In this document: positions 11,025-19,827 of the stretch, piece after piece
Numbering within the stretch: position 1 is the first letter of the stretch
How the letters are laid out: each line of letters begins with the position of its first letter
Sequence record: DRR723986_3293
Length of the DNA stretch: 60,155 bases
Direction: 5' to 3' (one strand)
The notes under the pieces: generated by a model
Database searches by the model: none
The model's input: only the letters and a program-made list of their open reading frames with translations
Told to the model about the DNA's origin: nothing
Made by a program: the position numbers and the translations under genes

Positions 11025-11654
11025 GGCTGCAAGCAGCATCTGTGAGCCAAAATACAGCGGCGTGCCCCAGACCCCGTTGTACCGACTTTCCCTGACGAAC
11101 TGCTGCCGCGCTACGGCGAGATCCGACAGTGCGAACCCCCAGGCACCAATCAGTACCAGGCTGCCTGCAGCGTGGCCCAGGGTGGTGCAGGCGGTGACCA
11201 GCATGGCCGTGATTACCAGGATATACAGCAACACCGGTAGTTTCATGCCCGCATCGAGGTGCGGCAACAACCAGCGACCGGCGAGTACCAGCAGGCAGAG
11301 CGCTGCGGGGCCGCCTAACAGGGCGGCTTCGAGGTTTGTGCCCAGGCCGAGAAAGGCCACGGCATACAGCAGGTGACCGCAGAGGAAAGCGCTCAGCCCG
11401 GCGATGAAACTGCGGCGCTCACCGGGCATCAGTAACAGATCGCCGAGTGCGCAGCAGCACAGGCCCGCCAGCAGCCACCGGCCATAGCTGCTGTCCGCTG
11501 CGCCGAGCACCAGGGCCAGCCAGATAAAAGCGACCGCGGCCAGGGGTTTGCACAGGTAGCGACCGGCGCGTTGGTGGGCGAAGTCGCTGAGCACCAGCCC
11601 GGTGACGCTGGCGACGGAGAGTGCCAGTGGTGCCAGCATCACGTTAGCAGACAT
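11007..11654 (-). CDS. YhhN/TMEM86 family lysoplasmalogenase-like membrane protein
   Basis: Multi-TM protein; CKPL, ALGDLLL, FLCGHLLY, FALSDL, PLYFGSQ motifs. Confidence 0.8.
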   Translation of the reverse strand: MSANVMLAPLALSVASVTGLVLSDFAHQRAGRYLCKPLAAVAFIWLALVLGAADSSYGRWLLAGLCCCALGDLLLMPGERRSFIAGLSAFLCGHLLYAVAFLGLGTNLEAALLGGPAALCLLVLAGRWLLPHLDAGMKLPVLLYILVITAMLVTACTTLGHAAGSLVLIGAWGFALSDLAVARQQFVRESRYNGVWGTPLYFGSQMLLAASVALV

Positions 11655-12537
11655 GATCGCGCACCCGCTGCAGCAAGGCTGTGTTAAGGGGTGTCTCGAC
11701 GCCCACCTGGCTGGCGGTGCGAACCAGCCAGCCAGTGATGTAATCGATCTCCGTTGGACGGCCGGCCAACACGTCCTGCAGCATTGAGGAGCGATTGTTC
11801 GCGGTCCCGTTGATCACCTCAAAAACGCCCTTCTCCAGTTCAGTGGCGGCCACATCCTGATGACATGCCTGTGCAAGCTCGTTGATCTCTGCGCAGAGGC
11901 CCCGGACCTGCTGCGCAAGATCCGGATTCCTGGCCAGTTCACCATTGCGACAGCGGTGGACTGCCGTCAAGGGATTGATCGCGGCATTGATTGCCAGTTT
12001 GCGCCACAAGGCCTGCTCAATATCCGCTTCCCAGCGGCAGTCAGGTAATGCGGTTGTCCAGTCGGTAAACCAGGGCGGGGCATCGGGCTCACCGGTCCTG
12101 CCCACTCGGGTGCTGCCGCTGCCCGCATGTTCAATGGCACCGCTCGCGTGACGGAACGCGCCTTCGGTGGTCGTGGCACAAAAAGGGACAAGCCAGGGAT
12201 GCTGTACATGTAACTCTTCGACGAAGCCGCGGCCATTGGCCATCAGCACGACCGTACTGGTCCCATCCAGACGGTGGGCGATGCCGCTCACGGCTTCGCT
12301 GACCCGGTAGGCCTTGGTGGTGACCAGCAGCCGTTCAATCGGTGTGCTCTCATCACGTTGGCTGACAGGAAAGCGAAATGATCCCACCGGCGGCAGGCCG
12401 TTGATGCTTACCTCGCGCTGGTGTTCTCCGCGCTGGAGGTGGTCGATGAGCACGACCTCGCAGCCGGCGCGCTGCAGGTAGGCGGCGAACAGGCAGCCCA
12501 TGGCGCCCGGGCCGAGTACATGCCAGCGTGCAGGCAT
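11644..12537 (-). CDS. panE: 2-dehydropantoate 2-reductase
   Basis: GPGAMG, TTKAY, MANG, WRKLAINAAINPLT, SSMLQD..GRPTEIDYITG. Confidence 0.9.
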   Translation of the reverse strand: MPARWHVLGPGAMGCLFAAYLQRAGCEVVLIDHLQRGEHQREVSINGLPPVGSFRFPVSQRDESTPIERLLVTTKAYRVSEAVSGIAHRLDGTSTVVLMANGRGFVEELHVQHPWLVPFCATTTEGAFRHASGAIEHAGSGSTRVGRTGEPDAPPWFTDWTTALPDCRWEADIEQALWRKLAINAAINPLTAVHRCRNGELARNPDLAQQVRGLCAEINELAQACHQDVAATELEKGVFEVINGTANNRSSMLQDVLAGRPTEIDYITGWLVRTASQVGVETPLNTALLQRVRDHVC

Positions 12538-12626
12538 GCTCAGTGCGTGTCCGGGAGTGGCTTGGTTATCGCCGGGTGCGGCATTACTATGGGCGTCCCT
12601 TGATTGCCACCAGTGGAGAGCGAACT

Positions 12627-13109
12627 ATGCCATCTTTCGATGTGGTATCGGAAGTCGACCTGCATCAGTTGAGTAATGCCGTCGACCAGGCCGGTCGGAT
12701 CGTTGCCAACCGCTTCGACTTCAAAGGCGTGGACGCCAGCTTTGAACGGGAGGAACGCACGGTGTCCCTCACAGCAGAAGCGGAGTTCCAGGTCGCGCAG
12801 ATGGAGGACATGCTGCGCAGCGCGCTGATCAAGTGCGATATCGACCCGGCAGCCATGGATATTGGCGAAGTCGTCACCTCGGGGAAGCAGGTGCGTCAGC
12901 GGGTGCTCCTGCGTCATGGTCTGGACAGCGCCCAGTGCAAGTCGATCGTGAAAGCGCTGAAGGACAGCAAGCTCAAGGTGCAGGCCCAGATCCAGGGAGA
13001 CCAGGTGAGGGTCACCGGCAAGAAGCGGGATGACCTGCAGCAGGCGATCGCCCTGCTCAGGGAAGGCGAATTCAATGCGCCTTTGCAATTCAGCAACTTT
13101 CGCGACTAG
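12627..13109 (+). CDS. yajQ: YajQ family nucleotide/c-di-GMP-binding protein
   Basis: MPSFDVVSE, RFDFKG, KLKVQAQIQGDQVRVTGKKRDDLQ, LQFSNFRD; GGAG RBS. Confidence 0.95.
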   Translation: MPSFDVVSEVDLHQLSNAVDQAGRIVANRFDFKGVDASFEREERTVSLTAEAEFQVAQMEDMLRSALIKCDIDPAAMDIGEVVTSGKQVRQRVLLRHGLDSAQCKSIVKALKDSKLKVQAQIQGDQVRVTGKKRDDLQQAIALLREGEFNAPLQFSNFRD

Positions 13110-13972
13110 AGATTGGCAAACGCCTGCTCAACCAGCGCTAGCGGCGGAGCGTCAGCGCCGCTGTTCGCGACCAGGTGCCAGACAGCCTCCAGGTAGCGAT
13201 ACAGGGCGATAGCCACCTGCAGGCGCTGCCGGTCCTCGGCAAGGGGTGCGCGCGACAAGTAGACGCTCAGCAAGGCCTCGTGGCCTTGCTCGGGGAAGTT
13301 CTCTCCACAACACACGACCGCCAGATCGAACCAGGGACTGCCCATGGCGCAGTATTCCCAGTCCAGGGCATACAGCTTACCGCCGCTGCGCAGGCGATTG
13401 GCGGGTAGCAGGTCATTGTGGCAGACCACCGCCGCTTCCGGCGCCGCGCGGTGATAGTCAAGGCAAGCCGCCAGTTGGGAAGTTGCGTGTTCAAGTTCCC
13501 CCGGCAGACCTTGCGAGCGCAATGCCAGCTTGTGCTGATAGCGCAGAATGCGATCCCCCAGGTCGAGCCGTGAGTGCAGTGCCGGCAGACCGTGAATAGC
13601 CTGCAGCAAGCTGGCTATAGTGGCGGGGCTGTGGTCCTGGTGTTCATCGGGGGCGAGGTAGTCGACGACAAGGGCGCCGAGCTCCGGGTTGAAATACCGC
13701 GGTACAGGGGCCAGTGAGGCTGCGCTGGCGGTCTGCAGAATGCGCCACTCCGATTGTCGGTTAAGCCCGTGGTGCGCCGCATCCATACCCTCAATGCGCA
13801 CTACGAAGCGCGCGTCCGACTCGACCAGGTAGCTGTGGTTACTCAAGCCGCCGCCCAGGGCTGCCACCAGCACTGGTCGCTGGCGCAGCGGTGCAGCCAG
13901 TTGCCAGTGACGGAACTGGTCCAGCACTTGTTCCAGCCTCAGCTGGATTGACGTTGGTAGTGTCGCCGCCAT
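13106..13972 (-). CDS. choline/aminoglycoside-kinase-fold phosphotransferase, probable thiamine kinase (ThiK-like)
   Basis: GGLSN, CHNDLLPAN (Brenner motif), LDWEY, FDLA; last gene of the TPP-riboswitch operon. Confidence 0.75.
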   Translation of the reverse strand: MAATLPTSIQLRLEQVLDQFRHWQLAAPLRQRPVLVAALGGGLSNHSYLVESDARFVVRIEGMDAAHHGLNRQSEWRILQTASAASLAPVPRYFNPELGALVVDYLAPDEHQDHSPATIASLLQAIHGLPALHSRLDLGDRILRYQHKLALRSQGLPGELEHATSQLAACLDYHRAAPEAAVVCHNDLLPANRLRSGGKLYALDWEYCAMGSPWFDLAVVCCGENFPEQGHEALLSVYLSRAPLAEDRQRLQVAIALYRYLEAVWHLVANSGADAPPLALVEQAFANL

Positions 13973-14550
13973 TGCAGGTAGCCAAAAATGGCTATGACCA
14001 GGTACAGCGCGAACAGCAGGGCGGTCAGGTGCAGGCCCCGGTCCAGGTACAGGTAGATCGATGCGCTGTCGATGACCAGCCAGTACAGCCAGTTCTCCAG
14101 CAGTTTCCGCGCCACCATCCAGGTGGTGAGGATGCTGCCCCAGGTGGTGAAAGAGTCGAGGTAGGGTAGCGCAGCCGCGGTGTAGCGGCTGAGCAGGTAG
14201 CCGCTGAGCCAGGCGGCGAGCACGATACCGGCGATGGCAAGGCCATGCTGCTGCAGTTGCCAGCGGGAGATCGGCAGGGTCGCGCCGGCCTTACCCTGGC
14301 GCCAGTGCCACCAGCCATACACCGCCATGGCCAGGTAATAGACCTGTAAGGCTGACTCCATCAGCAGGTTCACCTGCCAGAACAGCACCAGGAAGATCGC
14401 CGTGCTGGCAAAGCCCGCATACCAGCACCACAGACTCTCGCGCATCGCGAGCAGCAGGTAGGCAACCCCAAGTACCACGGCCAGCGCCTCCCAGGGCGAC
14501 ATGGCTTGCAGACCCAGGAGAAGTTGTTGCGAGATGGGCGGCTCAGTCAC
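13939..14550 (-). CDS. pnuC: PnuC-family transporter (thiamine PnuT-like)
   Basis: Multi-TM protein; LQVYY..MAVYGWW.W, PYLDSFTT, MVARKLLENWLYWLVID. Confidence 0.85.
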   Translation of the reverse strand: MTEPPISQQLLLGLQAMSPWEALAVVLGVAYLLLAMRESLWCWYAGFASTAIFLVLFWQVNLLMESALQVYYLAMAVYGWWHWRQGKAGATLPISRWQLQQHGLAIAGIVLAAWLSGYLLSRYTAAALPYLDSFTTWGSILTTWMVARKLLENWLYWLVIDSASIYLYLDRGLHLTALLFALYLVIAIFGYLQWRRHYQRQSS

Positions 14551-14647
14551 CGGTCGTCGTCACCGCGATCGCATCGATGAAAGCCCGGATGATGGGAATG
14601 TACCCGGCGTCGAGTGCATACAGGCTGAGTTCGGCGGTAAGTTTCAT
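14543..14647 (-). pseudogene. truncated YkoF/thiamine-binding-protein-like ORF (34 aa)
   Basis: AGGAG RBS then ATG 14647: MKLTAELSLYALDAGYIPIIRAFIDAIAVTTTGD*. Resembles the N-terminus of YkoF/Thiamine_BP proteins; its stop overlaps the pnuC start. Confidence 0.55.
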
Positions 14648-14660
14648 GCGGGTCTCCTGT

Positions 14661-16772
14661 TCAGAACTCATAGCGCGCGCTGATCCCGACCTGGCGCGGA
14701 TCGCCGTACTGGTAATACGGTTCGACCACATAGCCCTTGCGGGGGTCATTGCCAAAGCTGCCAAAGCCCCGGGTGTAGTAGTCCTCATCGCCGAGATTTC
14801 GGGCCCAGAGCGCAACCGACCATTGCCCCGCCTCGTAACCAAGTCGTGCATGCAGCAGGTCCTGAGCCGGCGCGCGGACATCATGCCGATCGGAGAAGTA
14901 GAACGCGTCCTTGCCCTCCAGGTCCAGCCGCAGGTAGAAACCGCCGGCAAAATCATAGCGGCCACCGGCGCTGTACTGGTAACTGGGGGCGTGGGCCTGT
15001 TCACGTCCGCCCAGGTCAGTGCCATCAGCGTTGATGTAGTCGTCGAACTCCGTTTCCAGCAAGCCGAGCGCCGCGTACAGCTGCAGGCTCGCAGTTGCCA
15101 GCCAGGCCAGCTCCAGCTCCATGCCGTAGTTGTTACCCTGCGCGGCATTGCTGGTGTAATCGATAAACGCCGTGCTGCCATCCTCCCGTGGTAATACCAG
15201 CGACCCCTTGACCTGCTGGTCACGTCGATCCATATAAAACAGGGCCAGTCGTGTACTCAGGGCCTGGCTGAAGAAGTCTCCCTTGAATCCCAGCTCGTAA
15301 TTGAGCAACGACTCCTCGTCATACTGGCGCAGGGCCCGCAGCCGGGCGATCTGATCGGGGTCGTCAATGGCCTGCTCGCTTGCCAGGATGCCGGCATTGA
15401 CCCCGTTGGCGCGGTAGCCTCGGGACACCGAGCCGTACCAGAGCTGCTGCTCATCGGGCCGCAGTTCAAGCGCCAGCTTGCCGCCCCAGAGGGTCTTGTC
15501 CGGGTCATCCGCCACGTCATTACTGTCGCGGTAGTCGGTGGCCCGACGCTCCGCGCGCAGGCCGGTGACCAGTACCAGGGACTCGGTCAGGGCGATGTCC
15601 AGCTGGCCGAAGGCCGCCAGGGTATCGGTGTCATAGCGGCTCTCGAAATCTGCGGCGAGGTAGGTGTAGCTGCGTTGCAGGTCCTCGCGGTCACCGAGGT
15701 AGTACAGGCCGGCGGCCCAGTCTGCCGAGAGTCCTGCGAGGCCCAGCGGTGATCGTGACAGCAGGCGTGCCTCTGCGCTGTAGCTGTCCCGCTGGCGCTG
15801 GTAGCGGTCAAACGACGAGTACTCCAGTGCCGGGGCGATGCCGACATAGCTCCAGTCCTCGTCGTAGGCGTAGTCCGTTTCGGTACTGGCGACACTCGCC
15901 TCGAGCTGCAGGGATGCGGCGCTGAGCTCCCGTTGCCAGGCAAGCGCCAGGGCTGTTGATTCCAGGGTGTCGTGACCGGGCTGATCGGACAGGGTGCGGC
16001 GGGTGTTATCCAGGGAAAAGGCGTCGTAGCCATTGTCGACATCGGCGTACAACAGGGTCAGGTCGAGCGTGTCACTCGCCCCAGCCAGCCAGCGCAGCTT
16101 ACCGCGAATGCCGGTTTCATCGCGTTTGTTGGTGTCGTCTTGCCCCAGATAGCTGTTCTCGATGAACCCGTCGCTCTGGTAGTGACTGACCGACAATCTG
16201 TAGAGCAGGGTGTCGGCGATCAGCGGACCGCTGCCGACCAGTCCAGCGCTGTAGGTGCCGTAGTCGGCAGCGCTCGCCTCGACGGCCAGGCTTGGCGTCT
16301 CCTGCGGGCTACCGGTGGTGATATTGACCAGCCCCGCCAGTGCGTTGGCGCCGTGCAAAGTGCCCTGCGGCCCGCGCAGGATCTCAATCTGGTCGACGTC
16401 AAACAGGGTGCCTGCAGTTCCGAGACCGCTGAAGTCGATACCATCGATCAGCAGGCCGATGGAGGGGTTCAGCGGTTCCACGAACTGGCTGCGCTCGCCC
16501 ACGCCACGAACCTGGAAAAACCGTGCCCTGGAGGCACCGCCGGCATAGTTGACGTTGGGTGCCAGGTTGAGGACTTCCTCCAGGTGCTGCGCCGCCCGCT
16601 GACGGATGGCGTCTGCGTCCACCACACTGGTGCTGGTGGCCTGTTGCAGTAGTGGCGTGTCGCGAAAGCCGGCGGTAACGACAATCTCGGTAATATCCTG
16701 GGCTGCGGTGCCCTGGGCCAGCAAGGCCGCCAGCCCGCCGGTGAGGAGTTGCCTTAAGTTTTTATTCATCAT
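14661..16772 (-). CDS. TonB-dependent receptor (thiamine uptake)
   Basis: Signal peptide, TonB box EIVVTA, plug IEILRGPQGTLHGANA, C-terminal YEF; directly under the TPP riboswitch. Confidence 0.9.
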   Translation of the reverse strand: MMNKNLRQLLTGGLAALLAQGTAAQDITEIVVTAGFRDTPLLQQATSTSVVDADAIRQRAAQHLEEVLNLAPNVNYAGGASRARFFQVRGVGERSQFVEPLNPSIGLLIDGIDFSGLGTAGTLFDVDQIEILRGPQGTLHGANALAGLVNITTGSPQETPSLAVEASAADYGTYSAGLVGSGPLIADTLLYRLSVSHYQSDGFIENSYLGQDDTNKRDETGIRGKLRWLAGASDTLDLTLLYADVDNGYDAFSLDNTRRTLSDQPGHDTLESTALALAWQRELSAASLQLEASVASTETDYAYDEDWSYVGIAPALEYSSFDRYQRQRDSYSAEARLLSRSPLGLAGLSADWAAGLYYLGDREDLQRSYTYLAADFESRYDTDTLAAFGQLDIALTESLVLVTGLRAERRATDYRDSNDVADDPDKTLWGGKLALELRPDEQQLWYGSVSRGYRANGVNAGILASEQAIDDPDQIARLRALRQYDEESLLNYELGFKGDFFSQALSTRLALFYMDRRDQQVKGSLVLPREDGSTAFIDYTSNAAQGNNYGMELELAWLATASLQLYAALGLLETEFDDYINADGTDLGGREQAHAPSYQYSAGGRYDFAGGFYLRLDLEGKDAFYFSDRHDVRAPAQDLLHARLGYEAGQWSVALWARNLGDEDYYTRGFGSFGNDPRKGYVVEPYYQYGDPRQVGISARYEF

Positions 16773-16837
16773 TGGTCCCAGCAGCCTGCTTGCTGGCGCG
16801 GGGAGGGTGAGGCTGAACTGGATATAACAGACAGGCA

Positions 16838-16918
16838 CCTTTCCCTACGCCGGTACGATCCGGATCAGGTTCTAAGGGTTCACCGTCACGGTGTCTCAGG
16901 CCTTGGCCACCCCCAGGT
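16838..16918 (-). ncRNA. TPP (THI-box) riboswitch
   Basis: Minus strand reads GGGGTG-GCCAAGGC-CTGAGA-CACCGTGACGGTG-AACCC-TTAGAACCTGATCCGGATCGTACCGGCGTAGGGAA, matching the TPP consensus. A downstream CCAGCA..TGCTGG hairpin could sequester the RBS. Confidence 0.95.
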
Positions 16919-16928
16919 TTACAGGTGA

Positions 16929-16957
16929 AGTATAGGGCGCTTACACTGGCGTGCCAA
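16929..16957 (-). promoter_or_regulatory. sigma70 promoter of the thiamine operon
   Basis: TTGGCA-N17-TATACT just upstream of the riboswitch. Confidence 0.7.
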
Positions 16958-17008
16958 TAATTACAGGCCGGCATTGCAGCAAAACGGCCAAGCGCAAGAG
17001 TAGGGTGA

Positions 17009-18151
17009 ATGACGCAGGACAAGGATTTCGACGAAGAAAATGTAGAGGAGATCGAGGCCGCGCCCCCGGTGGAGTCGGATGCCGAGCTCCGGGAACGGCG
17101 CCTGGCGGAGACGGTAACGATCAACAGCTACCTGTTGCGCCAGACCCACCAGATGATCCATATGCTGCTCGAAGCTCAGGACCTGGGGCGGCTACTCGAG
17201 ATGTTGCTCATCAACATGCCGCGCCACTACGGTTTTCGCGCTGCGGAGCTGTGGCTGTTTGACCCGGAGGGCGTGCTCGCAGGCCTGATACCTGACCGGG
17301 AGCGCTACGCAGGTCATCTCACCCTGACCGCCGATGCCTATGACATGCAGGAGCTCTACGATATGGAGCCGGATGTGGTCCTGTTGGAAGCTTCGGATCC
17401 CCGCATGTTCGATGTTCTCAAGGCAGACGAGGGCATTGAGTACGCGATGCTGCTGCCACTGCTGGATGGCGGTCGATTGATGGGAAGCCTGCACTGCGGG
17501 ATGGCGGACGAGGGCCTGGCCCGGTCAAAAGCGGAAGAGGACCTGGTCGCACATATGGCCTGCGTCATTTCCCTGTGCTTCAGGAATGTGGTCAGCCGAC
17601 AGCAGATCTCCCAGCTGACCCTGCTGGACCCGCTGACCCATATCAGCAATCTGCGCGGCTTTGAGAAAGATATCGCGCGGGAGATTGCCCGTTCGCGGCG
17701 CAATCACCAGGCCGTTTCGGTGCTGACCATGGAGGTCGACGGCTTTGAAGATCTATACCTGCACTACGGCCAGAGTACCGCGCATTTTGTGATGAAGAAG
17801 GTAACCGAGCGCATCAGCTCGGACCTGCGCACGACGGACTACATGGCACGGCTTTCGGATTCGACGCTGGCGGTAGTGCTCCCGGGCTGCCCCGAGTCCA
17901 TGGGCTCGGATATCGCCGAGCGTATGCGCGTTGATGTCGACGAGTTCGCGGTAGACGACGGGCGCGGCGCAATCCTTCATGTAACCCTCAGTATTGGCCT
18001 GGTGAGCTGGGACCCGGATCGCTTTCCCGCCGTGGACATGGCGCAACTTGCCCGGCAGATTCAGGCGCAAGGCGCCAAGGCACTGGCCAGTTCTCGCAGC
18101 GGCGGCGGCAACATTGTTTCCACTGCCCGCCTCAGCATGTTATTTGTTTGA
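17009..18151 (+). CDS. GAF/DUF484-like plus degenerate GGDEF domain protein
   Basis: DPLTHISNLRGF, MEVDGF, HYGQSTAHFVMK, LRTTDYMARLSDSTLAVVLP, TLSIG; the GGDEF signature is replaced by SDSTL. Confidence 0.8.
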   Translation: MTQDKDFDEENVEEIEAAPPVESDAELRERRLAETVTINSYLLRQTHQMIHMLLEAQDLGRLLEMLLINMPRHYGFRAAELWLFDPEGVLAGLIPDRERYAGHLTLTADAYDMQELYDMEPDVVLLEASDPRMFDVLKADEGIEYAMLLPLLDGGRLMGSLHCGMADEGLARSKAEEDLVAHMACVISLCFRNVVSRQQISQLTLLDPLTHISNLRGFEKDIAREIARSRRNHQAVSVLTMEVDGFEDLYLHYGQSTAHFVMKKVTERISSDLRTTDYMARLSDSTLAVVLPGCPESMGSDIAERMRVDVDEFAVDDGRGAILHVTLSIGLVSWDPDRFPAVDMAQLARQIQAQGAKALASSRSGGGNIVSTARLSMLFV

Positions 18152-18157
18152 CAGACT

Positions 18158-18826
18158 ATGATTGATCACCAGCACAGCGGCCTGGACAAGCTGTTCGGGA
18201 ACAACCGGGCGTGGGCGGAAGAGGTAAAGACCTCGGACCCACATTTTTTCGAGAAACTGTCTTCCCAGCAGAATCCCGAGTACCTGTGGATCGGCTGCTC
18301 CGACAGCCGGGTCCCGGCGAACCAGATTGTCGGCCTGGCACCGGGGGAAATCTTTGTCCACCGCAATGTTGCCAACATCGTTACCCATACGGACTTCAAT
18401 TGCCTGTCGGTATTGCAGTACGCGGTTGACGTGCTCAAGGTAAAGCACGTGATCGTGGTGGGGCACTACGGCTGCGGTGGCGTGCGCGCGGCCTATGAAG
18501 ACTCCGATAACGGCCTGATCGACAACTGGCTGCGCAATATCAAGGATGTGCTGAACCAGCACCGCGACAGGATAGAAGCGCTGGATTCGGTGTCCTCGCG
18601 TATAGACCTGCTGTGTGAGCTGAGTGTGATGAGCCAGGTGGCCAATGTCTGCCACACCACGATTGTCCAGAACGCCTGGTCCCGTGGCCAGGAGCTGTCG
18701 GTGCACGGCTGGGTGTACAGCCTGTGGGACGGTCTGCTCAAGGACCTGAACTGTTCGGTTAGTGGCGCGCACCAGATTCCCGAGGTTTACCGGGTGCTTG
18801 CCGCCAGTGGTAATGTGTCGGGATGA
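18158..18826 (+). CDS. can: beta-class carbonic anhydrase
   Basis: WIGCSDSRVP, FVHRNVAN, GHYGCGG, VHGWVY. Confidence 0.95.
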   Translation: MIDHQHSGLDKLFGNNRAWAEEVKTSDPHFFEKLSSQQNPEYLWIGCSDSRVPANQIVGLAPGEIFVHRNVANIVTHTDFNCLSVLQYAVDVLKVKHVIVVGHYGCGGVRAAYEDSDNGLIDNWLRNIKDVLNQHRDRIEALDSVSSRIDLLCELSVMSQVANVCHTTIVQNAWSRGQELSVHGWVYSLWDGLLKDLNCSVSGAHQIPEVYRVLAASGNVSG

Positions 18827-18888
18827 GGAAATGGCTCGGCGCCCCCGCCGGGCTCGGCCTAGCTAGTGATTGCATGTGAATAAGGGAG

Positions 18889-19827
18889 TTGCCCGTGTTT
18901 GATCCCGTTGCCATTGATGGCTGCAAGATTCTGATTACCGGCCCTACGGGGCAGGTTGCGGAGCCGGTAGTTGCCGCCTGGGCTTCCCGGGCCGAGGTGT
19001 ATGCGCTGGCGCGCTTTTCCCGCGAGGAAGATCGCCAGCGGATCGAGGCGCTGGGAGCTACCTGTCTCACGGCCGACCTGGCAGATCCCGCCGGGCTGCA
19101 AGGGCTGCCCGATGACTTCGACTATGTGCTGAACTTTGCCGTGGTCAAGAGTGGTGACTTCGACTACGACCTTGCGGCCAATGCCGAGGGCCTCGGGCGA
19201 CTGATGCTGCACTGCCGGAAGGCGCGCGCTTTTCTCCACCTGTCATCTACCGCAGTTTACCAGTACGCGGGACACGAGCCCCTGGCGGAGAACGCGCCAC
19301 TGGGCGACAACCACCGGGTGATGTTCCCTACCTACAGCATCAGCAAGATAGCCGCTGAGACCGTATGCCGTTTCGTCGCCCGGCAGTTCGAGATACCTAC
19401 GATCATCGCCCGGCTCAGTGTGCCCTATGGCGACAACGGCGGCTGGCCCTATTTCCACCTGCTGATGATGGAGCAGGGCATGCCCATCGAAATTCACCCG
19501 GAGGGGCCGAACTACTACAACCTGCTGCACGTCGATGACTACCTGGAGAAGTTGCCGCGTTTACTGGCCGCGGCGAGCAGGGATGTGACCACGGTAAATT
19601 TCGGCGGCTCAGAGCGGGTCAGCATCGAGGAGTGGTGCGCGTATCTTGGTGAGTTGTCAGGCCTGACTCCACACTTTACCGAAAATCCACAGGCCTTCGG
19701 GTCGCTCTGTATCGACACCACCCGGATGCATGAGTTGATCGGCCCGACGGGTGTTGACTGGCGCGAGGGTTTGCGTCGCCAGGTCGCAACGCTTGCCCCG
19801 CACCTGCTGCAGGGCTCCGGGCAATGA
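18889..19827 (+). CDS. NAD-dependent epimerase/dehydratase (extended SDR)
   Basis: ITGPTGQVA, SSTAVY, YSISK catalytic motif; GGGAG RBS; start is TTG or GTG. Confidence 0.85.
   Translation: MPVFDPVAIDGCKILITGPTGQVAEPVVAAWASRAEVYALARFSREEDRQRIEALGATCLTADLADPAGLQGLPDDFDYVLNFAVVKSGDFDYDLAANAEGLGRLMLHCRKARAFLHLSSTAVYQYAGHEPLAENAPLGDNHRVMFPTYSISKIAAETVCRFVARQFEIPTIIARLSVPYGDNGGWPYFHLLMMEQGMPIEIHPEGPNYYNLLHVDDYLEKLPRLLAAASRDVTTVNFGGSERVSIEEWCAYLGELSGLTPHFTENPQAFGSLCIDTTRMHELIGPTGVDWREGLRRQVATLAPHLLQGSGQ

Noticed and set aside
14543-15223. 226-aa minus-strand ORF as a real gene
   Set aside because: Most of it is an alternative frame inside the TBDR; only the last 34 codons, with their own RBS, look genuine.
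16940-16957. TGGCACG as a sigma54 -24 box (possible EBP target)
   Set aside because: No GC at -12; better explained as the -35 of a sigma70 promoter.
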